Source: Octopus bimaculoides (Eukaryota). From it: a stretch of 64,000 nucleotides of DNA. Of the stretch, positions 40,028 to 52,418 are shown in pieces (within the stretch, counting starts at the first letter, position 1; every line of letters starts with the position of its first letter). The notes under the pieces were generated by a model, which saw nothing but the letters and a program-made list of their open reading frames with translations, was not told where the DNA came from and made no database searches. Made by a program: the position numbers and the translations under genes. The stretch spans positions 111,521,560-111,585,559 of the forward strand of contig NC_068986.1 of NCBI RefSeq assembly GCF_001194135.2, read 5' to 3'.

Positions 40028-40669
40028 TGTGTCTGTGTTCGCGTGTGTGTGTGTTCGCGTGTGTGTGTGTTTGGAACACTATTCCCCGAGTGGTTTTACA
40101 TCACATGCGTTTCGGCCCTAGTGTAGGGATATTCTTCGATTGAAGATTCTGATAGACAGCGATCAATATGAAGCAGGCATGTCTTTTATCTGCATTCCAT
40201 ATCCTGACGATTCATTCCTCATAGATTGTAAAATATTTTTTATCGTTTTCATACACATATAAACATTTGTGGCCGCGCACGCGCCTGTGTGAGCTTATAT
40301 GTGTGTATGATTGTGTGTGTATATTTTTATACATATTCATTATTACATACCTACTTTTATTTGAATAGGCATACGTATACATATATGCATGCATTTGTCT
40401 TTATAAATGGTAATATGCTAACACATAATACTACGATATCTTTACTTAATCCAAAATAAGTTTACCTTTGCAATAAATTTCATAAACATTTAAACATTAT
40501 GCGTATAAAGAAACGGACATTCTTACGCATCTACATAAACACACATTTACCCATAAATAAGTATTCATATGCGTATTTGTAGACATAGATGTACATACCT
40601 GCATATTTACATATATATCCCTCGTGCGTGCATTCAAACACAAATATGCGTAATTGAATACACATACAC

Positions 40670-40786
40670 GGATACACACACACGCCCACACACACACACA
40701 AGCACACACGCACACACACACACGCGCACACACACATACAAGCACACACACACATACACACAAGCACACACACAGACACACACACA

Positions 40787-40818
<32 letters not shown>
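40670..40818. repeat. Imperfect (CA)n microsatellite
   Basis: Directly visible. Confidence 0.95.
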
Positions 40819-40821
<3 letters not shown>

Positions 40822-42609
40822 TCGTTAATAACATATATGGTCTTTATATTCAAACATTTAATTTCTATATTATACACTCACTATTGACCAGAAACTTTTC
40901 ATGTGTCACCAAAAAATTCAAAGACTCATTAACTAGGTAATAGCGTGTGTGTATTGGAATGTGTATTCTGTCTATAGAATTTTAGAGTCATAACTGCCAA
41001 TTAATGTCAACGCACGGTTTCATATTAATAATCTAGGACAGGGGAGATAAAACAGTAAACTACCAATTATTGGTCATGGCAAAGTAAGGCTCGGTCTCTT
41101 TACAACCCGAGGCCTGAAACGCCACATCTAGCGTTATGACTCTTCTTTTTCTTATAAAATCCAGAACGATTCATATTGATGGAATGTCTCATTAAACAAA
41201 TTAACAGAACACGAACCTGATGCAGTATTTCCAGGTGCTTATGTACCTACAATTCTATTTCTCCATTGATATGTGTCCGTGATTATTGTAATGCTATTAT
41301 TTGGCTTTATTATTATTTTACTTCAATAAATCTTGAAGGTCATTAGCCAGAATCCAGTCGGTGGTATTAAATAAAATTTATCAGACAAAAATAACAACAA
41401 CGGCATCAAAAATAATACTAATAATATATGCATGAGTATATATGCAAGATCTATATGAAAAGCTGTAAACACTATTTCCAACATGCTCCTATAATGATTT
41501 TGAGGATATATGCACATATTATTTGGAAAACCGACTTCAGGAATACTTCTGTAAAACATTTGTAAAATGTACGTTATCAGACATATGGATCTGGAGCAAG
41601 TACAAAATATGTGCACAAAAATGGAAATTAGCCATTATTGATCCCTAAGTTCTTTTTATTATTCCCTTTCTGTTTATTTCCTCGTGTTCCTTTCTGTTGA
41701 AAAGCATAGTCTCGAAGCGTAACAGACTTTCTCACTTATCTGAGCCTCAAACTAATATACCTGATTGTTGTTTATACACTTGTCTTCGTCTTTTGTTTTT
41801 CTGTAAATTTCAACTATATGTATATATGAGTGTGTGTGTGTGTGCGCGCGTGTGTGTCTGTAAATATTCTGAGCATTACTTGTAATTGTGAATCGTTGTA
41901 GAAAATATGAGTATTAGGAGCAGCGGTAAATATATTAAGGTCCCGTTGACTGTCTCCTCATTTATTTCAATTATCAATTTAGGGCCATTACCTGTTAATG
42001 ATACATCATCAGTTCTGTCACCTTTCAGAAGGATAAACTCAGGATTTCGAAAAGTATTACAGGTTTGTGTAAACAATAGCAGTTACTACCTACATAGTAA
42101 TATTTTCAGTTGAATTTAGGGGACTATTGATCCAATAAGGATTTCTCGTACGACTCTTCTATAAAGAAAATTTATATTCAATGATTTCTGCTTTTGTTGT
42201 TAATACGTTTTTGTTGTTAAAACAAAACAAATATAATCAAAATTTTGTCAAACACTTGATCATTTCTTCGGAATCACCACAGGCAAAGCGTCTTCATTTT
42301 CAAATATAAATAGATGGCTAAATTTTATACAACATCGTTTGTGTATATATACATATAAATATTCATGCACGTCTCTCACGTTTTCACGATCTACCTCTCT
42401 TTCTCTCTCCCTCTCTCACTCTCTCTCTCTCTCTCTCACACACACTCTTTCTATGTATATACGCACAGACACATTCACACACTCTCATACACCCGTGTAC
42501 ATACACACATTTACATTTAAACAAAAACACAAAAACACACTCGTATAAATATTCGCCATGACGAACCGGTGAAATCTACAAGTTTTTCCATTCTGTCTGT
42601 CTGTCAACA

Positions 42610-42643
<34 letters not shown>

Positions 42644-42644
42644 C

Positions 42645-42690
<46 letters not shown>

Positions 42691-43041
42691 NNNNNNNNNN
42701 NNNNNNNNNNNNNNNNNNNNNNNNNNNNNNNNNNNNNNNNNNNNNNNNNNNNNNNNNNNNNNNNNNNNNNNNNNNNNNNNNNNNNNNNNNNNNNNNNNNN
42801 NNNNNNNNNNNNNNNNNNNNNNNNNNNNNNNNNNNNNNNNNNNNNNNNNNNNNNNNNNNNNNNNNNNNNNNNNNNNNNNNNNNNNNNNNNNNNNNNNNNN
42901 NNNNNNNNNNNNNNNNNNNNNNNNNNNNNNNNNNNNNNNNNNNNNNNNNNNNNNNNNNNNNNNNNNNNNNNNNNNNNNNNNNNNNNNNNNNNNNNNNNNN
43001 NNNNNNNNNNNNNNNNNNNNNNNNNNNNNNNNNNNNNNNNN

Positions 43042-43076
<35 letters not shown>

Positions 43077-43105
43077 ATATATATATATATATATATATAT
43101 ATGAA

Positions 43106-43500
43106 CAGGAGTGGCTGTGTGGTAAATAGCTTGCTTACCAACCACATGGTCCTGGGTTCAGTACCACTTTGTGGCACCTTGGTTAAGTGTCTTCTACTAT
43201 AGCCTCGGACCGACCAAAGCTTCGTGAGTGGATTTGGTAGACGGAAACTGGAAGAAGCCCATCGTATATGTATATGTTTGTGTGTGTGTATATATGTTTG
43301 TGCGTCTGTATTTGTCCCCCTAACATCGCTTGACAACGGATGCTGGTGCGTTTACGTCCTCATAACTTAATGGTTCGGCAAAAGAGTCCGATAGAATAAG
43401 TATTGCGCTTACAAACACTAAGATCTTGGATTGATTTGCTCAACAAAAGGCGGCGCTCCTGCATGGCCGCAATAAAATGACTAAAACAAGCAAAAGAATA
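43106..43500 (+). mobile_element. tRNA-derived SINE, family A, full length
   Basis: AGGAGTGGCTGTGTGGTAAATAGCTTGCTTACCAACCACATGGTCCTGGGTTCAGTACC..., internal TG/TA tract, tail 1 GGCGGCGCTCCTGCATGGCCGC. Confidence 0.9.
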
Positions 43501-44019
43501 CAAGAATAAATGAATATATATACATANNNNNNNNNNNNNNNNNNNNNNNNNNNNNNNNNNNNNNNNNNNNNNNNNNNNNNNNNNNNNNNNNNNNNNNNNN
43601 NNNNNNNNNNNNNNNNNNNNNNNNNNNNNNNNNNNNNNNNNNNNNNNNNNNNNNNNNNNNNNNNNNNNNNNNNNNNNNNNNNNNNNNNNNNNNNNNNNNN
43701 NNNNNNNNNNNNNNNNNNNNNNNNNNNNNNNNNNNNNNNNNNNNNNNNNNNNNNNNNNNNNNNNNNNNNNNNNNNNNNNNNNNNNNNNNNNNNNNNNNNN
43801 NNNNNNNNNNNNNNNNNNNNNNNNNNNNNNNNNNNNNNNNNNNNNNNNNNNNNNNNNNNNNNNNNNNNNNNNNNNNNNNNNNNNNNNNNNNNNNNNNNNN
43901 NNNNNNNNNNNNNNNNNNNNNNNNNNNNNNNNNNNNNNNNNNNNNNNNNNNNNNNNNNNNNNNNNNNNNNNNNNNNNNNNNNNNNNNNNNNNNNNNNNNN
44001 TATATATATATATATATAT

Positions 44020-44180
44020 GGGAGAATTTACGAAAAAAACAACAGACGATGATAGGTGGTGTAAACAACAAATGGATGTATTAGTTTAACGCTCTGGAAT
44101 AGAGAAAGTCTTTGACGTTTCGAACCTACGCTCTTCAACTGAAAGGCACACAGAAAGAAACAAGGAGAAAACAGAAAATA
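44020..44180 (-). mobile_element. Penelope-like terminal fragment abutting (TA)n, with a degenerate hammerhead fold at 44110-44145
   Basis: Minus: CTTT-CAGTTGA-A-GAGC-GTAG-GTTC-GAAA-CG-TC-AAAG. All stems pair; the core differs from CTGATGA at two positions. Confidence 0.55.
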
Positions 44181-44800
44181 TATCTAGACATATACAATTT
44201 TTTCCTTTTAGCTTCAGTGAAAGGATCGCGGCCATGCTGTGTTATTGCCATTTTGTTTTGCTAAACATTCACTAAACCTCCTCCGATATGTGACATTTGG
44301 TGGATAAGGGAGTTTAATGCTGCTGCCCTGATCTGTGTTTCATGTCTAGAATTTGTTTCATCAGGAACTCTTGACGGAACTAGAGCTAGTTTTGTTTTGA
44401 AAACGCCTCAGTCAACAATGGATGTATGCCAGGTTTTGAGGGAGGATATTGAAGAGTCGTGCGCTTTTGAAGCCCAAGCTCTTCCAGTATCTGATAGCAA
44501 TGTCAGGACCTATATATATATATGACCAAATAATATATAAACAGCCAGATAGTCATTTGCCTTTTTCGCTGCATATACCTTTTTACAAATTCACTGATGA
44601 AGACCTTACATGCCGATAAACATTTTACTATTACCAATATATGATTGATAAAATCGCAGCCGTGGCCGAAGAAGGTATATGTTTTATACAGAGATCCTAA
44701 CTCTGCCAATGGACAACCATTTGTTATACCTATTTATGATTCTTTGTCTATGTTTTCTTCTGTCTCTTATCTCTCATTCACTCTTTCGTTATACATGCCT

Positions 44801-44849
<49 letters not shown>

Positions 44850-44999
44850 CGTACATATACATGTAAATATATACATGTACACACACGCACACACACACAT
44901 ATATATATATGTATATATATATCTATGTACGCATACATACATGTATGCGTATGTAAATCTGTATATCTGTATCTATCTCCCTATCTTTCTATCTATCTG

Positions 45000-45038
<39 letters not shown>

Positions 45039-46600
45039 ATACAGAGAGAGAGATGTGTGTCCGCCAACGTGTGGGTGTGTATGTGTAAGAGATTCCAAAA
45101 TAGAGAGCCGCAGGAAAAATATAAGTGGCAAGTCATAATCACCATTATTTTCAAAATTATGGTATTTTTACTCTCAATTTTACTATGGTAATAGACCAAT
45201 AATTTAGAGATAATCCGCCAGATATATCATTAGATGCTATAAAATTGTCAAATGATGTCTTGAAGTTGCGCTTCTGTTTTGACCTTAAGTAGAACAGGGT
45301 TCACATTCGCTCCCCGCATAGATTATAGCAAATATTTTGAGACCGATATTTATGGCCTATATTGCGTGTGTATGAGCGTGTATGTGTGTGTTTGTGTGTG
45401 TAAGCTTGAACAAACTGATACATAAATATATAGATGCATAAATGCACACATAGGTACAAACATAAATGCACACATCAACACATACACACACATGTATATG
45501 TACAAAGATATCTATATATAGACAGACATAGATTTAAAAAAAAAATGCCCTGTGTGAATGTGTACACGTATAATATACTTATGCATATATATATATATAT
45601 ATATATATNNNNNNNNNNNNNNNNNNNNNNNNNNNNNNNNNNNNNNNNNNNNNNNNNNNNNNNNNNNNNNNNNNNNNNNNNNNNNNNNNNNNNNNNNNNN
45701 NNNNNNNNNNNNNNNNNNNNNNNNNNNNNNNNNNNNNNNNNNNNNNNNNNNNNNNNNNNNNNNNNNNNNNNNNNNNNNNNNNNNNNNNNNNNNNNNNNNN
45801 NNNNNNNNNNNNNNNNNNNNNNNNNNNNNNNNNNNNNNNNNNNNNNNNNNNNNNNNNNNNNNNNNNNNNNNNNNNNNNNNNNNNNNNNNNNNNNNNNNNN
45901 NNNNNNNNNNNNNNNNNNNNNNNNNNNNNNNNNNNNNNNNNNNNNNNNNNNNNNNNNNNNNNNNNNNNNNNNNNNNNNNNNNNNNNNNNNNNNNNNNNNN
46001 NNNNNNNNNNNNNNNNNNNNNNNNNNNNNNNNNNNNNNNNNNNNNNNNNNNNNNNNNNNNNNNNNNNNNNNNNNNNNNNNNNNNNNNNNNNNNNNNNNNN
46101 NNNNNNNNNNNNNNNNNNNNNNNNNNNNNNNNNNNNNNNNNNNNNNNNNNNNNNNNNNNNNNNNNNNNNNNNNNNNNNNNNNNNNNNNNNNNNNNNNNNN
46201 NNNNNNNNNNNNNNNNNNNNNNNNNNNNNNNNNNNNNNNNNNNNNNNNNNNNNNNNNNNNNNNNNNNNNNNNNNNNNNNNNNNNNNNNNNNNNNNNNNNN
46301 NNNNNNNNNNNNNNNNNNNNNNNNNNNNNNNNNNNNNNNNNNNNNNNNNNNNNNNNNNNNNNNNNNNNNNNNNNNNNNNNNNNNNNNNNNNNNNNNNNNN
46401 NNNNNNNNNNNNNNNNNNNNNNNNNNNNNNNNNNNNNNNNNNNNNNNNNNNNNNNNNNATGTATGAATATGCATATGTTTATATGTGTGAGAGTGCAAGT
46501 GTTGGTATCTATTCCAAGCGAATTTGCAATTCTAAATATTCTCATTGAATGTCTTTTAAAGTTTCCATTTGAAGCATCTCGCTGCTATCTATATTTTTTT

Positions 46601-46800
46601 TTTCTATTCTAGGCACAAGGCCCACACTTTTTGGGGAGGGGGATAGTCGATAAGAACGACTCCAGTACGCAGCTGGTATTTAATTTATCGACCCCGAAAG
46701 GAGGAAATGCAAAGTCAACTTCGTTGGAATTTGAACTCAGACAGACGAAACACTCGAAAACTTATCGCCCGGCGTTTTAACGATTCTGCCAGCTCGCCGC
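46601..46800 (-). mobile_element. tRNA-derived SINE, family C
   Basis: Minus: GCGGCGAGCTGGCAGAATCGTTAAAACGCCGGGCGATAAG...CTGAGTTCAAATTCC...TCGGGGTCGATAAATTAAATACC...GCCTAGAATAGAAA. Confidence 0.88.
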
Positions 46801-47288
46801 TGTTTACATTGACTGAGTTTTATTGTTATCTGTTTTCCGTTCTCACCTCCTCGTTATGAGGATTGGCATTCGAGATTCCATGCTTAATATGCCCTGCTTA
46901 AAATATGTAATTGCCGAGCAACATGTAGGGCTTTTTACCTTAGAGAAACAGCCTTAAATATCCGTACTTCCCAAAGAAACGACAAACGGCTGTTAGACGT
47001 ATAATCCCACAGGTTAACTAATGCAAATATTTCGATCATATTTACTCATCTATTATATTATGTTTAATCCTTTATTATGGTTGATATTCTAATTGCTGCA
47101 TCAATTGCCATCATTGTTGTTGGACCACTTTGACCGGTGACGTTGATAAATGCTTCGATTGAACATAAAAGATCAACGGCTGCAGCAGAAGCGAGAGCTG
47201 CGCTGAAAATCTAAAATCATGTAGGAAAATTTCTGGTACTTTTTCAGAAGACTAAGAAAAATACAAAGTTGTTATGTTGCAAATTTTC

Positions 47289-47635
47289 AGGCATGGCTGT
47301 GCTGCATCTTGGACTTCTAAGTGTATTTGGTACACAGACACCATGTGGAATTTGGAAGCCTGTGCTACATGTGTGTCTATGTCTGTGTGTGTCTATGTTT
47401 GAGTTTTTCTATACATGTTTACCTGTGCCTACGTTTTGCGTCGGCCATACCACAACTTCAGAACTGGTGTTGGTTCATTGATGTTCTTATAAATTAGTGA
47501 TTCTGCAACAGAGAACAATAAACTACGCATGGGACATAAGAATAAGAACTCGTGGCGATTTATTCGATTAAAACCCTTGAGGGCAGTGCTCCAGCGTGGA
47601 CGCACAGCACAAGCTAAAAACAGTATAAGATAAAA
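47289..47635 (+). mobile_element. Degenerate family A SINE with an internal deletion
   Basis: GGCATGGCTGTG head start; ACAACTTCAGAACTGGTGTTGGTT and GGGCAGTGCTCCAGCGTGG tail 1 motifs. Confidence 0.55.
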
Positions 47636-48285
47636 GGTAATTGCGTGGTGATTCTTCTATTATTATTGTTTTTGAAGAACACAAGCATTATTGTATTCTA
47701 GTTTAATGATTGTTCCTTGCTCGGTTGCAATTGGCGTACCGCTCGGGGGTCACTGGGTGTTTGTGCTGTGCGCAGGGCTAGAGTATTTGCTGTGTAGATA
47801 TGTTAATGCTGTATGTATGAGCAGCTAGAAAGACAACATCAACTAATATAAAAAAAAGAAGAAATCTCAGCAATTTAGATGGTTCTATTCCCTATCGGCA
47901 CAACATTTTCCTAATCTAAATTGTATATCAGTTTTTTTCGAAATGCCGTTGTGTAAAACTTGTATGTAGACCGAATTTAGTCAACGCCAGTGTGTATAAA
48001 GGGTTCTACGTCGATGTAGAAGTTGTGCATAAGTCATTAATGTACATAACTTCAAGCGAGACATTGAACGTGGGTCTACTTTTTCATTAGCAAGGAACTT
48101 ACGATTCGCTTTTAGGCAATCGCTATATTTTACATTATCTATTAATAACATCAAACCGACTTTCCTACTTGCTATTTCTGCTTGCAATATAAAATTTATT
48201 TTCTCATGCAGCAACTTTGCTGTATAAATACGTACGCACATAGGTGACTGTGTGTGGTGTATGTATATATGTATGTATGTAAAAA

Positions 48286-48323
<38 letters not shown>

Positions 48324-49387
48324 CATGCACACATGTTTGTGTGCATATTAGTATGTGGGTGTCTGTGTTATCTCAACGCGTGACTAACAAGGTTGTGGAA
48401 AATTTTATGTGAAATACACAATAATTGTTTCACAAATTATAACAGCTATGAAGTCTTAGGTGTGAGCTCTTCCTAAAACATTCATATACCAAAAATACCG
48501 ATAATCGATAAAGTAGTGATTCTACTACTACTACTAATAGTAATAATAATATCGATAGTAATAAAAATAATAATAATAATAATGCAAATGATGATGATGA
48601 AACCCTATAATCATGTTAGTAATACAAATCTATTTCTTCAACACGCATGTTCTCAACAAGTACACGCATCCTCGTGCACGGTGACGCACGGTTTCGGTTA
48701 TTTATACGAACCTCGCACTTGTAAACAGCCACATTGCTCCACAAACAGACGAGTTATGGTACTTGGTGATATAATTTTATGACAGTTACGGAAAGGAAAA
48801 AATAGTGTTATGATTGTGATGATGAGATGATCACAAAGAACAAGTGGTTGATGATAATGATGGTGATGATGATGATGATGATGATGACGATGATGACGCA
48901 GGTGACGACTCGCGTTCGATGTCGTGCGTTCGTTTAAGACTAGATACGCATTATGTAACAGATACGTAAATCCCTATATTTCTATTTCCAAATCGTTTCG
49001 GAAATACGAAATTTACGGTTAATACATACCAAGGGAAAATTAGTGACATATTATTGTCTGTGCTTCACTTTTTTATTTTCCCTGAACGGGTGATTGTCAC
49101 AAATTTGACTAGCGTGAACAGACCTACACAAAGGATTTGTAGGAAGCTTCCAGGACAACCGTTCAGCGAGTTCTCGTGCATTTGGTGCTCAGGGTCATCA
49201 TAGATCCATGGGCTATTTGTTTGGTTAGAATTTGTCATGGAACAGGAGGACTATCGCAGGATATTAATAACATATGTCCAACGTATAATTTCTTCGCATT
49301 TCGCAGTCTTTTACATTTTCTTCTCATCTTTTATGGAAATCCGATTTCCAATGGTCATTTTCCACATGATTTTCCACACAACAATAA

Positions 49388-49432
<45 letters not shown>

Positions 49433-49486
49433 AAATAATAACAATAATAAGGTGAAGAACAACAACAACAGCAAAAATAATAATAC

Positions 49487-49546
<60 letters not shown>

Positions 49547-49900
49547 GACCAAAGCTTATNNNNNNNNNNNNNNNNNNNNNNNNNNNNNNNNNNNNNNNNN
49601 NNNNNNNNNNNNNNNNNNNNNNNNNNNNNNNNNNNNNNNNNNNNNNNNNNNNNNNNNNNNNNNNNNNNNNNNNNNNNNNNNNNNNNNNNNNNNNNNNNNN
49701 NNNNNNNNNNNNNNNNNNNNNNNNNNNNNNNNNNNNNNNNNNNNNNNNNNNNNNNNNNNNNNNNNNNNNNNNNNNNNNNNNNNNNNNNNNNNNNNNNNNN
49801 NNNNNNNNNNNNNNNNNNNNNNNNNNNNNNNNNNNNNNNNNNNNNNNNNNNNNNNNNNNNNNNNNNNNNNNNNNNNNNNNNNNNNNNNNNNNNNNNNNNN

Positions 49901-50112
49901 AAAAAAAAAGGATGTGTTTATTAATTGACATGAGTATTCGTTGCGATCACAATATAGCGGCGAAAGAATTTGACAAGATCAGTAAATTTAAAGACTTGCT
50001 AATAGAAATTGAAAAAATGTGGCATCTCAAGACAACTACCGAACAAGTGATTGTAGGATCTCTAGGAATGATAAGAAAAGGTACTGAAACCTATTTGAAA
50101 ATGATACGAGGC
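49901..50112 (+). mobile_element. R4/Dong-clade LINE fragment, restriction-like endonuclease domain
   Basis: KKRMCLLIDMSIRCDHNIAAKEFDKISKFKDLLIEIEKMWHLKTTTEQVIVGSLGMIRKG matches the RLE pattern IDxxxPxDxNxxxKExEKxxKYxDLxxEIxxMWxxKxxVxPVIVGALG. Its upstream part is probably hidden in gap 49560-49900. Confidence 0.85.
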
Positions 50113-50690
50113 ATTACGTTTCTTGGTTCAATTTCCATCGATCAAACTTTTTGAGGTTGCAAATAATGTCGCTATCGTTCTCTTATAGTCTTACATTTAT
50201 TCTGTCGTAGATTGCCTTTTGTTCATCTGTCATGTCGTCATTAGTTTTATTGTCTTCTTTTAGATCATCTATATGTCTCTCATCAAGTAAACTACCACTG
50301 CTCCTTTCCTGTGCAATGGGATTACTCTTATTAGTAAGAACTGTATTTTCATTGTTATCTCTGCTGCTATTTTCCATGACCCGTCTTTCGATAGCTTCGA
50401 GTTCTACTTCTGTGAACCAGCAAGTTTTTCTTATTGCTGTAGCTTAATCACATAGCTTCTGTTCCGTGAGTTGAAACAATCCCGGTTCTCTCCAATTATC
50501 ATACATACCTTGTCGGTAACCCCTAATTTGAGCGCCATTTTCATCTACCGTATTGCTCAGGTAGTTACACTTTCTGGTCCCTTTCTGGATATCGACAGGC
50601 TGGAGCCGAACCAGAATCTCTGAGCCTATCAGGTGTAACATAGTCACCATAGTTGGTTTCAGTTTCATTACCACCGTTATACACAATATT
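50113..50690 (-). mobile_element. R4/Dong-clade LINE fragment, ORF N-terminal region
   Basis: Minus: YLSN...IRGYRQGMYDNWREPGLFQLTEQKLCD*ATAIRK..WFTEVELEAIERR resembles the N-terminal motif GYRxRMxxxWxExGxFxxTEQRLxDQxRxIxKxxWxSExE; DNA homology to 21650-21850. Confidence 0.75.
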
Positions 50691-50802
50691 TTGTTTTTTC
50701 ATTGTCACTCATATGAGGTGGCGATTATATATATATTTTTTATTGTTGTTGTTGTTGTTATTATTTATTATTATAATTATTATTATTATTATTATTATTG
50801 TT

Positions 50803-50868
50803 CAGTAGTTTTATTTTTATAACGTGCTTTCACTTCACTACCGAGCGCAGCTCTGTGCGCCTTGGGTA
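50803..50868 (-). mobile_element. 66-bp 3'-terminal copy of a Dong-like LINE within (TTA)n
   Basis: Identical to 431-496 in the opposite orientation; flanked by TTA arrays on both sides. Confidence 0.7.
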
Positions 50869-50939
50869 TTATTATTATTATTATTATTATTAGTAGTAGT
50901 AGTAGTAGTAGTAGTAGCAGCAGCAGCAGCAGTAGTAGC

Positions 50940-50993
<54 letters not shown>

Positions 50994-51161
50994 NNNNNNN
51001 NNNNNNNNNNNNNNNNNNNNNNNNNNNNNNNNNNNNNNNNNNNNNNNNNNNNNNNNNNNNNNNNNNNNNNNNNNNNNNNNNNNNNNNNNNNNNNNNNNNN
51101 NNNNNNNNNNNNNNNNNNNNNNNNNNNNNNNNNNNNNNNNNNNNNNNNNNNNNNNNNNNNN

Positions 51162-51710
51162 GTGTCAGCTGTTCACTACCAGTGAACTAAGGTAACACCT
51201 CTTATTTTTCGAGCACCTTCCGGAGTATTCCTGTGGTTCCAACTAGTGCTGTTTTCTACAAGTACTCCACCCTTATTGCAGCCTCTATTTGTTCCGCGTA
51301 CTTCTGGAGAATTTTACTGAATTTTCCCAGGGCTCCAACAATTGTTGGTACTACTGCTACCTTATTCATCGACCACAACTGTTTTACTTCCCAAGCTAAC
51401 CTGTCATATCTCTCAACTTTTCTTTCTTCCATATCACATACCTTGTTGTCAGCTGGGCATGATCCATCATAGTTTGTTTTCTTTCTCAATTAAGACAATG
51501 TCTGGCTTCCTATTTTCTATCTCATGGTCGCACTGAATCATAAAATCTCATAGGATCTTTGTATTTCTATTTTCGACGATGCTTTCAGTTGTGTGCTCGT
51601 ACAAAGTTTTTGCTCTGTTAAGTCCATACTTTTTGCAAAATATCCAATGGACAAGCCTGGCTATATTGTCGTGGCGTCTCTTATATTCCTTCTGGACTAA
51701 TGGCGTAATT
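51162..51710 (-). mobile_element. R4/Dong-clade LINE C-terminal region (RLE domain) and start of 3' UTR
   Basis: Minus: QKEYKRRHDNIARLVHWIFCKKYGL...KIL*DFMIQCDHEIENRKPDIVLIEKENKL*WI /frameshift/ CPADNKV..EERKVERYDRLAWEVKQLW...VVPTIVGALG...ILRKVLEK*; PD-(D/E)xK-type endonuclease. Confidence 0.92.
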
Positions 51711-51737
51711 TCTAGCTTTTCCTATTCACTTTCTTTT

Positions 51738-51813
<76 letters not shown>

Positions 51814-52418
51814 ACACACACACATATATATATGTATATATATTGTAGTTTCTTACATCTGTACAAAAGATTTATTGATGAACACTGTTGTTTATATCCG
51901 CTCTGATAAGATTGATACATTTTCCCACATTATTCTTCCACTTGGATATATTTTAATGTATCTATCGAAACACATGTCAGTGATATGGTGATATAAATGA
52001 TTTAAATAACTTCTTGAGCGTTTGTCTCCATTTTAAATCATTCTTATGTTCCCCAAAACCCATCTTACTCCTCCTCCGAATTAACTCCCGCACAAATAAT
52101 GTGATTGCGAATTCCTTGGGCCCTTGTGTGACATTTGACTACCTTGTAACCGTTCCTCTGGATATTTCCTTGTAAATTTACATATATATATATATATATA
52201 TATATTACTATAAATACTTTATATTATATGCATTATATTCGCATTTTATGGTTTCAGGTGCATGAGTAAGTTCGTCAGGCGCTGACTGAACTTTCCATCC
52301 AGGGGGGTCACGGTTAAATAGAATAAAGGTGTGAACCGATACGTAGGTAAAACGTACCTAATGGAAGATTCCATCAAAATGAGTAAATTGATAATAAAAT
52401 AAACCTCACCCTGCTTTT

